From assembly GCA_002269645.1 (NCBI GenBank), contig NIVC01002089.1:1-64000 (forward strand): a stretch of DNA of 64,000 nucleotides, read 5' to 3'. Shown here piece by piece: positions 11,344 through 27,019 of this stretch; position 1 is the first letter of the stretch; each line of letters starts with the position of its first letter. The DNA comes from Macrostomum lignano (lineage: Eukaryota). The notes beneath the pieces were generated by a model, which saw nothing but the letters and a program-made list of their open reading frames with translations, did not search any database and was not told the origin of the DNA. The position numbers and the translations under genes were made by a program.

Positions 11344-12201
11344 ATGTCGACATCTCAGAAGCATAAAAACTTTGTTGCCGAGCCGATGGGTGACAAGCCT
11401 GTCACAGAGTTGCCTGGCATTGGCGAAAAACTTGGCCAGAGGCTGGTGGATCATGGCTGTGATAAGGTAAGGCTGTGGGCATCATCAAGGACGCTAAGGC
11501 TGGCTAGGCTGGGGTAGCAACCCACTGTAAGCCTCATTTGGAGGGTAGCAACCCACTGTAAGCCTCATTTGGAGGGTAGCAGCCCACTGTAAGCCTCATT
11601 TGGAGGGTAGCAACCCACTGTAAGCCTCATTTGGAGGGTAGCAGCCCACTGTAAGCCTCATTTGGAGGGTAGCAACCCACTGTAAGCCTCATTTGGTGGG
11701 TAGCAGCCCACTGTAATCATCATGAGGGAAGGTAGCAGCCCACTGTAATCATCTTGGGGGAAGATAGCAGCCCACTGTAATCATCATGGGGGAAGGTAGC
11801 AGCCCACTGTAATCATAATAGGGAAGGTAGCAGCCCAATGTAATCATAATAGGGAAGGTAGCAGCCCACTGTAATCATAATAGGGAAAGTAGCAGCCCAC
11901 TGTAATCATAATAGGGAAGGTAGCAGCCCACTGTAATCATAATAGGGAAAGTAGCAGCCCAATGTAATCATCATGGGGGAGGGAAGGGGTATCTCAACAT
12001 TGCAAACCAGCATCTCGCATTCAGTAGTCCTCATCTCCCCAACTGCAAACGCAGGCTTACGTTGTCCTTGGCCAGTTTCTGGTCGTGAAGAAAGACGAGG
12101 AGATGTTCACAGACTGGCTGAAGGACCAGTCCGGCGCCAACGCCAAGCAGGCTGGAGACTGCTTCAAAGCTTTGACCGAATGGAGTCAATCCTTCCTCTG
12201 A
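11344..12201 (+). CDS. BANF1: Barrier-to-autointegration factor (89 aa), 2 coding exons
   Basis: join(11344..11466,12055..12201) = [41 protein letters not shown]|[48 protein letters not shown]; GT-AG intron. Not present in the ORF track. Confidence 0.97.
11512..11975. repeat. 30-31 bp minisatellite in the BANF1 intron
   Basis: GGTAGCA(A/G)CCCACTGTAAGCCTCATTTGGAG grading into ...TGTAATCATAATAGGGAA variants. Confidence 0.95.
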
Positions 12202-12812
12202 GCAGCTGGAATGAACTCAGCATTGTCAATGTTAAAAACAAATTACTTACTTGGTTAATAGTGCTTGTATTGGTTACTTGCCTATTGCAAACTATCACTG
12301 TAGATAATGTTGCACAGCTATTCCACCATTGACTGCACTAGCAGCACCCATTAGAAGTAAATATTGCATGGCTAGTTTTATTAATTAATTGCTACTTTTC
12401 TATTTTGTGTGTATTACAGTTTTGTATTTCGCTTATTACCCCAGTAATCTCACAGGTCCAATAATTATTAGGCTCCAAAAATGCGAATTTGGATGCTCTA
12501 GTCTAATATTCTTAAATAGCTTCAAAAAATTTTCTATAAGTTTCTGTTTCTCTCAGTAACAAAAGTCGTTGCAACATTTTTTGTTTCTACTTAAAGTAGT
12601 ATGCGTTTTTCCTTTAATTGCTGAAATATATTTTGCTGTAGTATTTTGAAGCTCGTTTCTGTAAGACTTGAAACTGCGTGAAATCATTCAATAGCATTTT
12701 AATATAATATAATACTGACCGAATCACTTTGTCTGCGTCACATTTTGTATGCTAATGATATGGCGGTCGGCGCTTTGTCCTGTTATTCTTTGACACCTGT
12801 GATAATCAGCTG

Positions 12813-13752
12813 TTAACCAGCCCATAGAATCTCCCTTAACAAGCCCATAGAATCTCCCTTAACCAGTCCATAGAATGTCCCTTAACCAGCCCATAGAATC
12901 TCCCTTAATAGCCCATAGAATCTCCCTTAACCAGCCCAAAGAATCTCCCTTAACCAGCCCATAGAATCTCCCTTAACCAGCTCATAGAATCTCCCTTAAT
13001 AGCCCATAGAATCTCCCTTAACCAGCCCATAGAATCTCCCTTAACCAGCCCATAGAATCTCCCTTAACCAGCTCATAGAATCTCCCTTAATAGCCCATAG
13101 AATCTCCCTTAACCAGCCCATAGAATCTCCCTTAACCAGCCCATAGAATCTCCCTTAATAGCCCATAGAATCTCCCTTAACCAGCCCATAGAATCTCCCT
13201 TAACCAGCCCATAGAATGTCCCTTAACCAGCCAATAGAATCTCCCTTAACCAGCCAATAGAATCTCCCTTAACCAGCCCAAAGAATCTCCCTTAACCAGC
13301 TCATAGAATCTCCCTTAACCAGCTCATAGAATCTCCCTTAACCAGCCCAAAGAATCTCCCTTAACCAGCCCATAGAATCTCCCTTAATCAGCCCAAAGAA
13401 TCTCCCTTAACCAGCCCATAGAATCTCCCTTAACCAGCTCATAGAATCTCCCTTAACCAGCCCATAGAATCTCCCTTAACCAGCTCATAGAATCTCCCTT
13501 AACCAGCTCATAGAATCTCCCTTAACCAGCCCAAAGAATCTCCCTTAACCAGCCCATAGAATCTCCCTTAATAGCCCATAGAATCTCCCTTAATAGCCCA
13601 TAGAATCTCCCTTAACCAGCTCATAGAATCTCCCTTAACCAGCTCATAGAATCTCCCTTAACCAGCCCATAGAATCTCCCTTAATAGCTCATAGAATCTC
13701 CCTTAATAGCCCATAGAATCTCCCTTAACCAGCCCAAAGAATCTCCCTTAAC
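12813..13752. repeat. 22-23 bp minisatellite upstream of the BRMS1-like gene
   Basis: About 40 copies of ACCAGCCCATAGAATCTCCCTTA, ending ~65 bp before the ATG. Confidence 0.97.
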
Positions 13753-13816
13753 AACATAGCAACACATAGCATCGCCCCTACCTTGCTGCATGCCCTGAAT
13801 AAACAATTCATAGAAG

Positions 13817-15403
13817 ATGTCGGAGCCGCCTTTACTGCCTCCGCAGTCTCCACCGCCTAATCTGGTTGCCAACGGGCCCCCCAGTGTTGCCACCGCAGCA
13901 TCCGATGCTTCATCATTCGATCAGTCTCAGCAGCAGCAGCAGCAGCAGCAGGTGTCCATCGAAGAGTCGGATTACGACAAGTGTCGCATAGACTATGTAG
14001 ACGAAATCGCTCATCTTGAGGCGGAATTCTCGCGGCTAAAGTCGCACCTATTCGATGACAGATTAGCATTTCTGCGCGCCAAAGAGCAAGAGGTGCTTGA
14101 TGGCCGGGCGCCAGAGTACCTGGAGCCGCTGGCGCAGCTCACTGAGAACTGTCGCATTCGCCTGCAGGTGGCTAAACTGACGAGACAGTTGAGGACTCGA
14201 TCGGCAAAGTGAGTTTTGCTTGGGGCTCTCAGCTATTCTGATGGCCTGTGCTGATGTGCCAGTTTAGGGCGATTTTCTGCCAATTTGGGGCGATTCCATT
14301 TGCCATTTTAGGGCGATTCTCTGTGCCATTTTAGGGCGATTCTCTGCCAGTTTGGGGCGATTCCATTTGCCAGTTTGGGGCGATTCTCTGTGCCAGTCTA
14401 GGGCGATTCTATGTGCCAGTTTAGGGCGATTCTATGTGCCAGTTTAGGGCGATTCTATGTGCCAGTTTGGGGCGATTCTCTGTGCCAGTTTAGGGCGATT
14501 CTCTTTGCCAGTTTAGGGCGATTCTATGTGCCAGTTTGGGGCGACTCTCTATGCAAGTTAAGGGCGATTCTATGTGCCAGTTTGGGGCGATTCTCTATGC
14601 CAGTTTAGGGCGATTCTATGTGCCAGTTTGGGGCGACTCTCTATGCAAGTTTAGGGCGATTCTCAAAGACAAACTGCTAAATGCTGGTTAAACACTCGCA
14701 GGCACTATCTGGAGTGCGAGCTGCAGTGGGCCGAGACCCAACTCGAATGGGACCGGAAACTGCTTGAAGAGCGGCTTCGAGCACAGATTAATCAGCAGAT
14801 TAGCAACCATCTGGCTGCTGGCTCGCGTCACCAGTCCGGGCAGTTAAACCACGGTAATTGTCTGTGCTTTTTAGAATTACTTTAAATTCTAAATTAGAAT
14901 CTAAATAATGCTGTTAAAATCAGAGAAGCCCAGCGATAAACGCGGCTGACTCTCGCCCAATGACCCCTGGTTCGATTCCGTGCGCGGCCCCACATTCGTT
15001 TGTGGCTTGTTGCACAAAATATTGGCTAGGAGGTTTACAACCATGAGGGCCAACCCCCAAGGCACAGCGAGTGTACATGCCCGACGATTAGATCCCACCA
15101 ATAATGTTGATCCCGTCCGTACCTCTAGCTGTATGCATGTATGTAATTTCATTTTGCCTTGCAGCCGGCGGTAAGGTTCGCCAATCGCAACATCCGCAGT
15201 CCCTGTCGCATCCGGCATCTGCCGCCGCCGATTCTCAGTGCAACGAGTCGCTGGCCTCGCCCACTGCGTCTTCCGTGCAGCTGCCCCGGCCCGTCACCAC
15301 CAGCGGCCCCGTGATTGTCTACCAGCTCACCGAGGCGGAGATTATGGACGATTATCAGGCAATTATGCTGGCGCTGTCTACTTCACTAACTGCGCCCGTG
15401 TGA
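13817..15403 (+). CDS. BRMS1: BRMS1/BRMS1L-like Sin3-HDAC complex subunit (Sds3 family), 3 exons
   Basis: join(13817..14208,14702..14853,15165..15403); motifs EIAHLEAEFSRLKSHLFDDRL...APEYLEPL and SGPVIVYQLTEAEIMDDYQAI; GT-AG sites preserve the frame. Confidence 0.88.
14255..14665. repeat. 23-24 bp minisatellite in BRMS1 intron 1
   Basis: TGTGCCAGTTT(A/G)GGGCGATTCT(C/A) tandem copies. Confidence 0.95.
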
Positions 15404-17270
15404 GATTTATTTGTTTTTACTCATCAAGGACTGCAAACTTCTTAAAAAAATCTTCGAGGGCTGGTTTCACGCGTAAATTTACACTACCGATCAAGTGCAG
15501 AGCCAGTAAAACAGATGCTATTCTAAAGTTTGAGCATTCGATGTCGAAGTGTTTTTTTCGTGTAAAATTAGCTTTCAGAAATTTTCTAAGAAACTGGAGT
15601 TTTCGTCCTAATTAAGTCGTCCCTGATTGTACTTTCGTAGTACAAAAAATATTTGCTCTACATATCGGATAGTTACATATAACTCTGATTTTCTGACTAA
15701 GTAGGCTCAGATGGCCAATTTTTCACTAAGCAACTGTTTAATTTTAATTAAAGTAAATTAATTTAAGGACACGCGTGGACTTACTATATGTTACAAAATA
15801 CGATTCGCACTTGTACATTTACACTGACGTGCGTTTGACCCGAACTTGTATATTAAGCTTTGGTTTGATTTACCTTATGGTTTTTTGTTATTTACTCGTA
15901 CGTGTTTTCGAAGCTCCATATGTTTTAATGAGTGGTCTTTATTGTTGTATAAATTTTTATACTTGTCGTACCTCATTGTTTTGCAGTGTACTTTCTGTGG
16001 CTTGTACATATGATATATGTGCAATATATTTATTATATGAAGTAGTCCAAATCACTTGTTTTGAATTAAAGTGTTGATTCTTTAAAATACGAATAGTTTC
16101 GAAAGTAACGACATTAACATTCTACATACGTTCGTCTTAAGGGCCTGAACCGTCATCAGTTCGTTGTCGAGATTTAGACTTAACGTTTAAATCTATAAAT
16201 AAGTAGGTAATCGAACAGCAAATATACATTTTAGTTTATCTGATACAAGTACTTCAAACTTGGCTTTAGGGGGGTGGGGGATGATTAATATAAATAATCT
16301 GCTTTGCAAAATGTCTTCCGGATTTGGATTACACAAAAGTTATTGCTTTTAATAAATGCTGCTAATGTTTTCAAAGTTGTTAATTCTTCTTTCTTATCTC
16401 CGTATAAAGTTACTGATTTTTAGAACTGACTACTCTCGAAAAGTTATGCTGCGTTAGACAGCTGTTATCGCGGCACGAAAACGAAAACAAAAATATATTC
16501 TTATACGCGGGCTCGTCAGTATTTTTTTCGCTTCAAATTAAATTACGAGTATGCTAACGAATCAACCGATAGACAAATGTGGAGTCGACTTAAAGCTTTA
16601 TTCAGAAAACAAAAATGTGTCTATGCGTTCAACGTTTAATATTAAAAAGTTTAGGAATAGCTCCAGCTTACCAGCTACACTGTACTGTAGCTACTAAGCT
16701 ACACTATAGTCTGTAGGCTGTAGCCTATAGGCCTAGTCAGTTATTTTTCATGTATCAACTCGACGACTTTGTAGTACTAGCTAGCTGTAGTGAAGTCCTA
16801 GCTTGTAGCCCTAGGCACAGTAATGTGTAACATTCCTATTAATTTAGAGCCTCCTGAGTCCTGACTTGGTTTTTTCTCAAAATCTTGGCGCCATTTAGTA
16901 CCAAAAAGGGTGCTAAATCAGAAATCAGGGTGCTAAGTGGCATTAATCAATATTTTAGGTTAGGCCTAACCATTAATGCTCATTTAAAAAAATTAAATTA
17001 TAAAGTTTTTAAGTCTTAAAATGGTTGTTAGACTTGTTATTCATTCAACTTTTTTTATTAACAAAGGTTAAAATGAGACAATCCCTACCCTACACAGCTA
17101 TATTCTATATGCATACTATACTTCAATGATCTTATCTTTATTCTATCCTGGGTTTTTTTGCTGGCACTAAGATGAAAAATTGCATCTAACTTCCAAGGTC
17201 TGATTTTAGAATTTAGTATATTTGGATGAATTGGATTTGGAAAGTCAAGATATTATAGGGCCTATAGCAT

Positions 17271-17446
17271 CATATATGCACAACATTAGGAATCACTCGG
17301 CTATTTCTATTGGCAACATAGACATGCAAGTTGCTATTGGCTGAGAGCAGTTATGTGACTACTATTCTATCTAATAGCAACCTACATGTGTGTGTGTGTT
17401 ACCAATATAAATAGCCAGATGAATCCCTAGGTTGTACCCAAGCATG
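17271..17446. mobile_element. Palindromic hAT MITE (diverged copy of 42356-42527)
   Basis: CAT...ATG termini; perfect 8-bp TSD TATAGCAT (17263-17270, 17447-17454). Confidence 0.8.
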
Positions 17447-17506
17447 TATAGCATTGCTATCTATTGGAATATTATTGCATAAAAAACCTAGTCTAGATCT
17501 AAGGTA

Positions 17507-18758
17507 TTTGGTTGGGGAGAAAGTTCCCGCGGTTTCTAGAACTTTCTGTCAAACTGAGTTTTTTTAAACAAAAAGCCAATTAAGAAATAAAATAATCACC
17601 ATCACAATCAATCACCTTCTGCCATTTTTCGGGCAGACTCATAATACCGTCACTGTAAAATTTCTCTGGCTTTGAAGTGAAAAAGTTGTTCAGCCAGTTA
17701 TCGAGCTCTTCATCATCAGCGAAGGTTTTGTTGTTCAAGGCGTTGGCCAGAGACAAAAACAGGTGATAGTCGCTTGGTGCCAAGTCTGGTGAATACGGTG
17801 GATGGGGCACCAATTCCCAGCCAAGGTCCAGTAGCTTTTGGCGAGTCACCCTAGCAGTGTGTGGACGAGCGTTATCATGGAGGAATCGTACCGGGCCATG
17901 GTTCGGACGCTTCTGTGCGATGGCGGCGGCCAATCGGTCCAGCTGTTGGCAGTATAGGTCGGCCGTAATCGATGTGTTGGGTGGCAGCAGTTCGTAGTAG
18001 ATGACGCCCTTGCAGTCCCACCACACGCACAGCATGACCTTGCGTGGGTGGAGTCCGGCCTTTGGCTGCAGCTCAGGCGTCGCGTCAGCATCAACCCATA
18101 ATCGTCGACGTTTGATGTTGACGTACAGGCACCACTTTTCATCGCACATAACGATGGACTTCAGCCAGTTGTGCGTGCGCCTGTAGGAGAGGAGAGAAGT
18201 GGCCACCTCTGCCCTGCGCTCCTTGTCCCAATCTGACAATTGGTGGGGTACCCATTGTGCCAGCTTGTACACCTTGCCCAGCTGATGCAAATGACTGGTG
18301 ACCGTTTTATGGTCTACATCAAGGACTTGCGCTAACTCACGCGTGGTTTGCCGAGGGTCAGCCTCTACGAGTGTGCGCAGCCGGTCGTCATCAACCTCGG
18401 AGGGACGACCTGACCGGGGCAAATCTTCGAGGTTAAAATTTCCCTGGCGAAACCGCGCAAACCAGTCCTGGGCAGTGCGTTCAGACACGGTACCCGCACC
18501 AAATGCAGCGTTGATGCGACGGCTGGATTCTGCAGCTGACAGTCCAGATTTGAAGTCGTAGAGCAGGAGACCACGAATATAGGCCGAGAGAGATCCATAA
18601 TGCTGGTGACTAGTGAGTAATCTCTTTGGTTTAAATAGCATGTTAGAATCACACACACCCACCCTCAATATATACCCACACAGCCGGGCTCTGGAATGTT
18701 CCAGAAAGTTCTTAGACAGAAAGTTCTAGAAACTGCGGGAACTTTCTCCCCAACCGAA
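17507..18758 (-). mobile_element. Mariner (Tc1/mariner DD34D) transposon, complete
   Basis: 44-bp TIRs TT(T/C)GGTTGGGGAGAAAGTTCCCGC(G/A)GTTTCTAGAACTTTCTGTC with 2 mismatches; TA TSD at 17505-17506 and 18759-18760. Confidence 0.97.
17580..18641 (-). CDS. Mariner transposase (about 353 aa from the first ATG), intact
   Basis: N-terminal HTH; CDEKW, WVPHQL, HDNARPH and HPPYSPDLAPSDYHLF motifs; D-34-D spacing counted by hand. Confidence 0.96.
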   Translation of the reverse strand: MLFKPKRLLTSHQHYGSLSAYIRGLLLYDFKSGLSAAESSRRINAAFGAGTVSERTAQDWFARFRQGNFNLEDLPRSGRPSEVDDDRLRTLVEADPRQTTRELAQVLDVDHKTVTSHLHQLGKVYKLAQWVPHQLSDWDKERRAEVATSLLSYRRTHNWLKSIVMCDEKWCLYVNIKRRRLWVDADATPELQPKAGLHPRKVMLCVWWDCKGVIYYELLPPNTSITADLYCQQLDRLAAAIAQKRPNHGPVRFLHDNARPHTARVTRQKLLDLGWELVPHPPYSPDLAPSDYHLFLSLANALNNKTFADDEELDNWLNNFFTSKPEKFYSDGIMSLPEKWQKVIDCDGDYFIS

Positions 18759-19017
18759 TAGGTTTTTTCTTTTTTGCTAGAATTAGGCCTAAAATGCAAA
18801 ATTGTCTAAAGTCTATGACTAGGTCTAATTTGAGAATATAATTTAAAAAGATATAAAAGGCACAAAAATAAAAGATTCTATTATAAAAATATATTAACTT
18901 CTTTAGCACTATGGCCAATGGGTCCAAATTCAAGGTGCCAAATAAAATTTTGAGATACCATGGCACCCATTTAGCTAAAAACCTAGCATTATAATGTATT
19001 ATCTTAAGATATTGTAT

Positions 19018-19295
19018 CATACATGCGCGACCTCCAAAATTCGGACGGCCGTGCAAGTTAGTTTTAACAAAAATGCAATGTAGTTGTTGGCCAAAAATGC
19101 GACTTACATGTAAAAAACACAATTAATGCAACTTTGGGTAAATGGCAAGAGTAACTATAACTGTCTTATAAAGCCAAAATGCCTCATCAGCTACTTAGTA
19201 ATACTACTTGGTGTTTTTTGGGTGGGCATTTTTGCGACTTCCATGGTTGGCCGCCAAATCGGTCAGCCAGATCGGCCAACTGTTGCGCATGTATA
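19018..19295 (+). mobile_element. hAT MITE, 278 bp (CATACATGCGC termini)
   Basis: 8-bp TSD TATTGTAT (19010-19017, 19296-19303); inverted copy at 21047-21323; partial copy at ~20670-20880. Confidence 0.88.
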
Positions 19296-19784
19296 TATTG
19301 TATTCAGTTTAGCAGTGCATATATGCTTCTTAACTTAGTTAATTTAAGGTCAAAGTACATATTATAATTATAACATGTATCTAGTCCTTTTTATTTTTTG
19401 GTTGTGTTGGATAAAGTTATGCCTATTGTCATTGAACTATTCTAGTGGTAGGCATAAATAATTTATTAAAAAGGGCTTATTTTTTAACCTTTAGTCTTAG
19501 GCAGTCTTAGGCAATATTAGCCTTAGGAACTATACATGGGGCAATTCCCTTGATTTATACTGGCTATGCACCATAGGCAAGATCATGTCAACTATGTACT
19601 AGAATATTTTTAGATAAAAAAGATATATGTGCTATGTGCCAAAAAGCAGATTTACCTTGCGCCAAAAATACTCAATTTTTTATTAGCAATAAATGTACTT
19701 TTTCTAATATCATAGATGTTTTTAATAATAAACATTATTAAATTTTAAGAAAATTAAAATAATGTAGACAATAAAGCAATTTAA

Positions 19785-20405
19785 TAGTGTTCTGCCATAA
19801 AGAGGGTCCATGTACTATAGCCATAAGCAAAACTATGGCTTATTTCAACTCTCCATATTCCATAGTCGTAGGGACCCCAATATTACCATATTCTTATAGT
19901 TCCCATAGCTGTAGCCATAGTTTTAATAAAAAGTCTAAAAAATAAACTATTTTGAATCAAGAAGATAACCTTGTGCTTAAACAACTGCAAATTAAATTAA
20001 AAATAAAAGAAACACTTGATTGCCTTTGTAAGATTATATTTTATCTTTTTACAAAGCAACAATACTTAATCGCTACTGAAAGTACTAATGCAGAACTTTT
20101 TCACATTAATGAAAATTAGAGTTTGCTAGTGTTTTATTGTACTTTATTAGGTATTTTCTTTAAGTTTCTAAGTTGATAATATAGTTTACTAGTATCTTTG
20201 TTTTACTCTATTTCTTTCTAATATTTTTTCAATTTTTTAAATTAAGAACTACAGCTATGGGAATCTATGGAATATGATAGCAGCTACTATATTTCTGTAG
20301 TTGTAGCCATAAGAGCAGCTAGCTACCATAGGCGTATCCATAGCTGCCATAGGCGCCTATTTTACCATATTTGCCATAGGATCCTGTAGCTATGGCAGAA
20401 GACTA
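19785..20405 (+). mobile_element. Non-autonomous hAT element (TAGTGTTC termini), 621 bp
   Basis: TAGTGTTCTGCC...GGCAGAAGACTA termini; 8-bp TSD CAATTTAA/TAATTTAA (7/8); inverted copy at 44212-44869. Confidence 0.8.
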
Positions 20406-21046
20406 TAATTTAAGATTAAAATATTGCATTTAAGTGCTAAAAAGTTTTTTGATATTAGTCCAATAGATTTTGAATTTAAATATACATTTTTTATCTTTTT
20501 TATATTTGATATGCTGCATTTTAAAGATTATGCAGCCTATTCTATGTTGCCCTGCTTTGCAACTGTGCCACTTGCACCAATGTATTGAACTAAAAGGCTT
20601 CTGTGCACTGGAATTTTCTAGACAAAATGGCATCATCCTAAGTGTAGGCTATGCAACTTACTTTTTGACCTAAAATGCAACTTACCTATGAAAGAAATCC
20701 AAAAAATTAACACAATTTTAGGTAAATGGCAGGAGTAACTATGACTCCACTAATTCATCTTATCATCTAATTAGTGCTACCTCTGTATTCCTTTGGGTGG
20801 GCATTTTTGTGACTTACCCCTGGTCTATCACAATTTATAGTGGATTAGCCAGGTTGGCCAGTAGTTGCGCATGTATTCTATATTGGGCACTAGCAACTAA
20901 TTCTGTTAAATAAGCATTAATCTATTATTAATAAGCATTAAGACTTTTTATCAACATTATTAGTTTGTCATTAAGATTTTGTGCACTAACAGATTAGTTA
21001 AGAAAATTTGCATCAATAATTTTGCCCTTTTGCAACCAAAGTCTAA

Positions 21047-21323
21047 CATACATGTGCAACAGTCGGCCAAGTTGGCCGATTTGGCCAACCGATTTGGTGG
21101 CCAATCAAGGAAGTTGCTACCAAAGTAGTAGTACTAAGTAGCTGACGAGGCATTTTGATTTAATAAGACAGTCATAGTTACTCCTGTCGTTTACCCAAAG
21201 TTGTGTTAATTTTGCTTTAGGTTTTTTTACATGTAAGTTGCATTTTTGGCCAAAAAACTACGTCTCATTTTTGTTGAAACTAAGTCGCATGGCCAACCAA
21301 ATTTTGGAGGTTGCGCATGTATG
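21047..21323 (-). mobile_element. hAT MITE, 277 bp, inverted copy of 19018-19295
   Basis: Perfect 8-bp TSD AAGTCTAA (21039-21046, 21324-21331). Confidence 0.9.
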
Positions 21324-22145
21324 AAGTCTAAAATACATTAGATGCCTAGGTATAGGTTCAAATAAGAAGGCAAATGCTTTAATGGCTTGAATGCTCAATT
21401 TTTTATTTAGTGGCCCAAATTTCAATTTGGTGAATGGCCTAGATTTTTCCTCGCTAATGCAAGATAGAAGATACAAAAGAAGTAAAGGTAAAACAATTAA
21501 ATTTTTTCAACATTTTTAATTACTATTATGCCTAATAGTTTTTAGCACTTATAAATAATGTTTAGACAAGTGTCTTTAAAAATTGTGTGGCCCAAAGGCT
21601 ATGCCTCACTCCTGCCACTGTGGATGCCCTCCTTTTTTGTGCTAGACTTTATTAGCATGCTTGACTATGCCCACATTGCTAAGTACTTGTACCAATCTAT
21701 GCTAGATGCTATCTGTAATATTGGCCATTGGCTACAAAAGTGAGTTAAAAACAAATTCATCATTTAGTATTAATGACAATGCCAATGAGACCAAAGATAT
21801 AACAAAAGAACAAAAATAATTGTAAGTTTGTGCTGCATCTGCTAATTAATGCTATTGCTAATTAATTAGCTTTTAAGATTTAAATAAATAGGTTACTTCT
21901 TCCTTTTTTATGCTTATTTCTAGTAGGCCCAGTGTTTTGTATATATAGGTAATTGTATTTTCTAATAAAATTATACTTTTCTAAGAAATTCCTACTATTT
22001 TTGCAACACAGTTTTTGAACTTAGGCCTTAATTTAAGTAAAAAGTTAAGTTACAATTACAATATTTTCAGATGTTTTTTGGCAATTTTTGGCACAATGTA
22101 ATCTTAAAAATGCTCACCTTCATGCACTTGTGGTCCCAACTGTAG

Positions 22146-24635
<2,490 letters not shown>

Positions 24636-24638
<3 letters not shown>

Positions 24639-25255
24639 CCCACTGGCTGGCGTGGCTGGGGCGCTGGCTGACCCACTGACCTACTGATGCTGTGACCCAA
24701 TGACTGACCCACTGACCTACTGATGCTGTGACCCAATGACTGACCCACTGACCTACTGATGCTGTGACCCAATGACTGACCCACTGACCTACTGATGCTG
24801 TGACCCAATGACTGACCCACTGACCTACTGATGCTGTGACCCAATGACTGACCCACTGACCTACTGATGCTGTGACCCAATGACTGACCCACTGACCTAC
24901 TGATGCTGTGACCCAATGACTGACCCACTGACCTACTAAACCCGTGACCCAATGACTGAACTTCTGAACCCATGACCCACGTGGGCCGTGACCCACTGAC
25001 CTACTGATGCTGTGACCCAATAACTGACCCGCTGACCTACTGAACCCATGACCCACGTGGGCCATGACCCGTGACCCACTGACCTACTGATGCTTTGACC
25101 AAATAACTGACCCACTGACCTACTGAACCCGTACTGAACTCGTGACCCAATGACCCATTGACCTACTGGTGCTGTGACCCAATAACTGACTCACAGAGTG
25201 ACCCAATGACCTATCAACTAATCTAACCTTGACCCACTGAGTAACTGCCCCTCTG
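24636..25255. repeat. 36-bp minisatellite starting at the UBE2D stop codon (3' UTR)
   Basis: TGACCCAATGACTGACCCACTGACCTACTGATGCTG tandem copies, degenerating 3'. Confidence 0.93.
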
Positions 25256-27019
25256 ACTAACTTGGTCATTGCCAGCTCAGTCCCAGTGTTGCCAGCCGCC
25301 CTGTCAGCCATGTTGTGTCGGTATGTACAAACGAACACTAAAGATGACATTATTCGCCTTTTCCTGTGCACGATGGGCAACTTAAGCAGAATTAAACAAT
25401 ATGAATATTATTTATTTGAGATTCCCTCCTGTTCCCGCGGTTCGTTTGTCATGGAAAAATAATTCGGTTATTATAATATGATAATGATGACGATTGGACT
25501 GTGCGCTCGTTTTTAAGAATCCTGTTTTAGTTTTAATGTATAGTGTAGTTTCTTATTTATCATCTATATAACAATAATTAACTATCAAATATGCTTTCTT
25601 TGACGTTAAAATAATTCACCGTCACTCTCGAAATCAAATAGTTACGAAGCCTATTATAATAAACAAAAACTATAAAATTTAATAATTTTGTCAGCCGTTT
25701 AAAATAAATTTACCTGTCGATCATTCTACGAGCAAATTAAATTTCATTAATTTTTATTGCCAGTTTTTCTTGCTTAATGCTGCTTCTACTACTACTGCTG
25801 GGTAGCTTAGTAGTGACAGTAGCTTATGATGCAGGGAAGCTAGGCCATACCAGGCATTACTCGTAAATTCAAGTCAAAATTCTCCACAGATACTAAAATA
25901 ACTAGATGGGCCACTTAGGCACATATACTTAGTAAAACAGCTCTCTACTTTCAGTTCAGTAGCAAAGAAGAATACATAAGCTATTTTATAAAATAAAGGC
26001 AGCTGAAATGACTGATAAGTTAAGAAGCCCAAGCTTGCAGGCGTAAACAACTTGCTAATTGGTTCAGCAATAATGTACATTGGCCAGTCCACTGATATGT
26101 ACATGGCAGCTTTAGGCTTGGAATTCCGGGAAAAGGCAATAAAAATTGGGGCGGGGTTGGGGGGTAGAGTGGAAAGGCGCAGTTGGAGGGTTCAGGCTGG
26201 GGGGGGGGGTAAGCAAGGATGATATATAACAACTTGTTAATACATCATCCTTGGGGTAGGAGCCAGTAATTGTGCCTTGGATTTAAAATACGTTAAAAAT
26301 GCTTCTGTTTAACATGCTACTGAACTGAAAGTAGCCTACACGCAAATGTGCTGAATAAAGTCAATTTTGACGTAAAAATTGGTTACAAGTTAGGAGTTCA
26401 AATTCTTTAAATAAAGCTTTGCGGCTTATCTGAGAGTTAAGGCCAGTTTTTCTTATCTATAAGACTTATTGCAACGCGCAGTTATATGTACTATCTATGC
26501 GTGCGTTTATTTTTTCTCATTCGAACACTCTTATGAAATGCGCATTAAAAAAGGTTGAAACAGTACTTTAATTAAAGGCAAAACAGCCGAAAATAATCCA
26601 AAACCAAGCGATGCCGACTGAGGACGGTAAAAGTGCAAACACCGGAATGGACGGACTGACGAGTCCTTGGCTTGAGGATTTTGGCGCTGTGAGTAGTTTA
26701 CCTCGTACGATTGCATGCTTTGCTGTGTAGACTGCGCTTCAGTCATTTTGAGCAGCATTGCATCAGGATGTGTGAGACTATCTGTTAAATCTTAATTGTA
26801 GATAGGGTAATTGAGAACAAAGGTAATTGAGTACATCACGTTTTTTGAAACCATTAATTCTTGCAATTGCCATTCATTGAGATGTGATTACATGTGCATG
26901 TACTCAGACTGTCTCAGAAACCTGTGCACTAGCAAATTTTAATTAAGAATCGATTATATTGGCCTTGAAAATCTTCGATTAAAGTGCAAAAACTATTCTG
27001 AGCACAATAGTGTTTCGCC

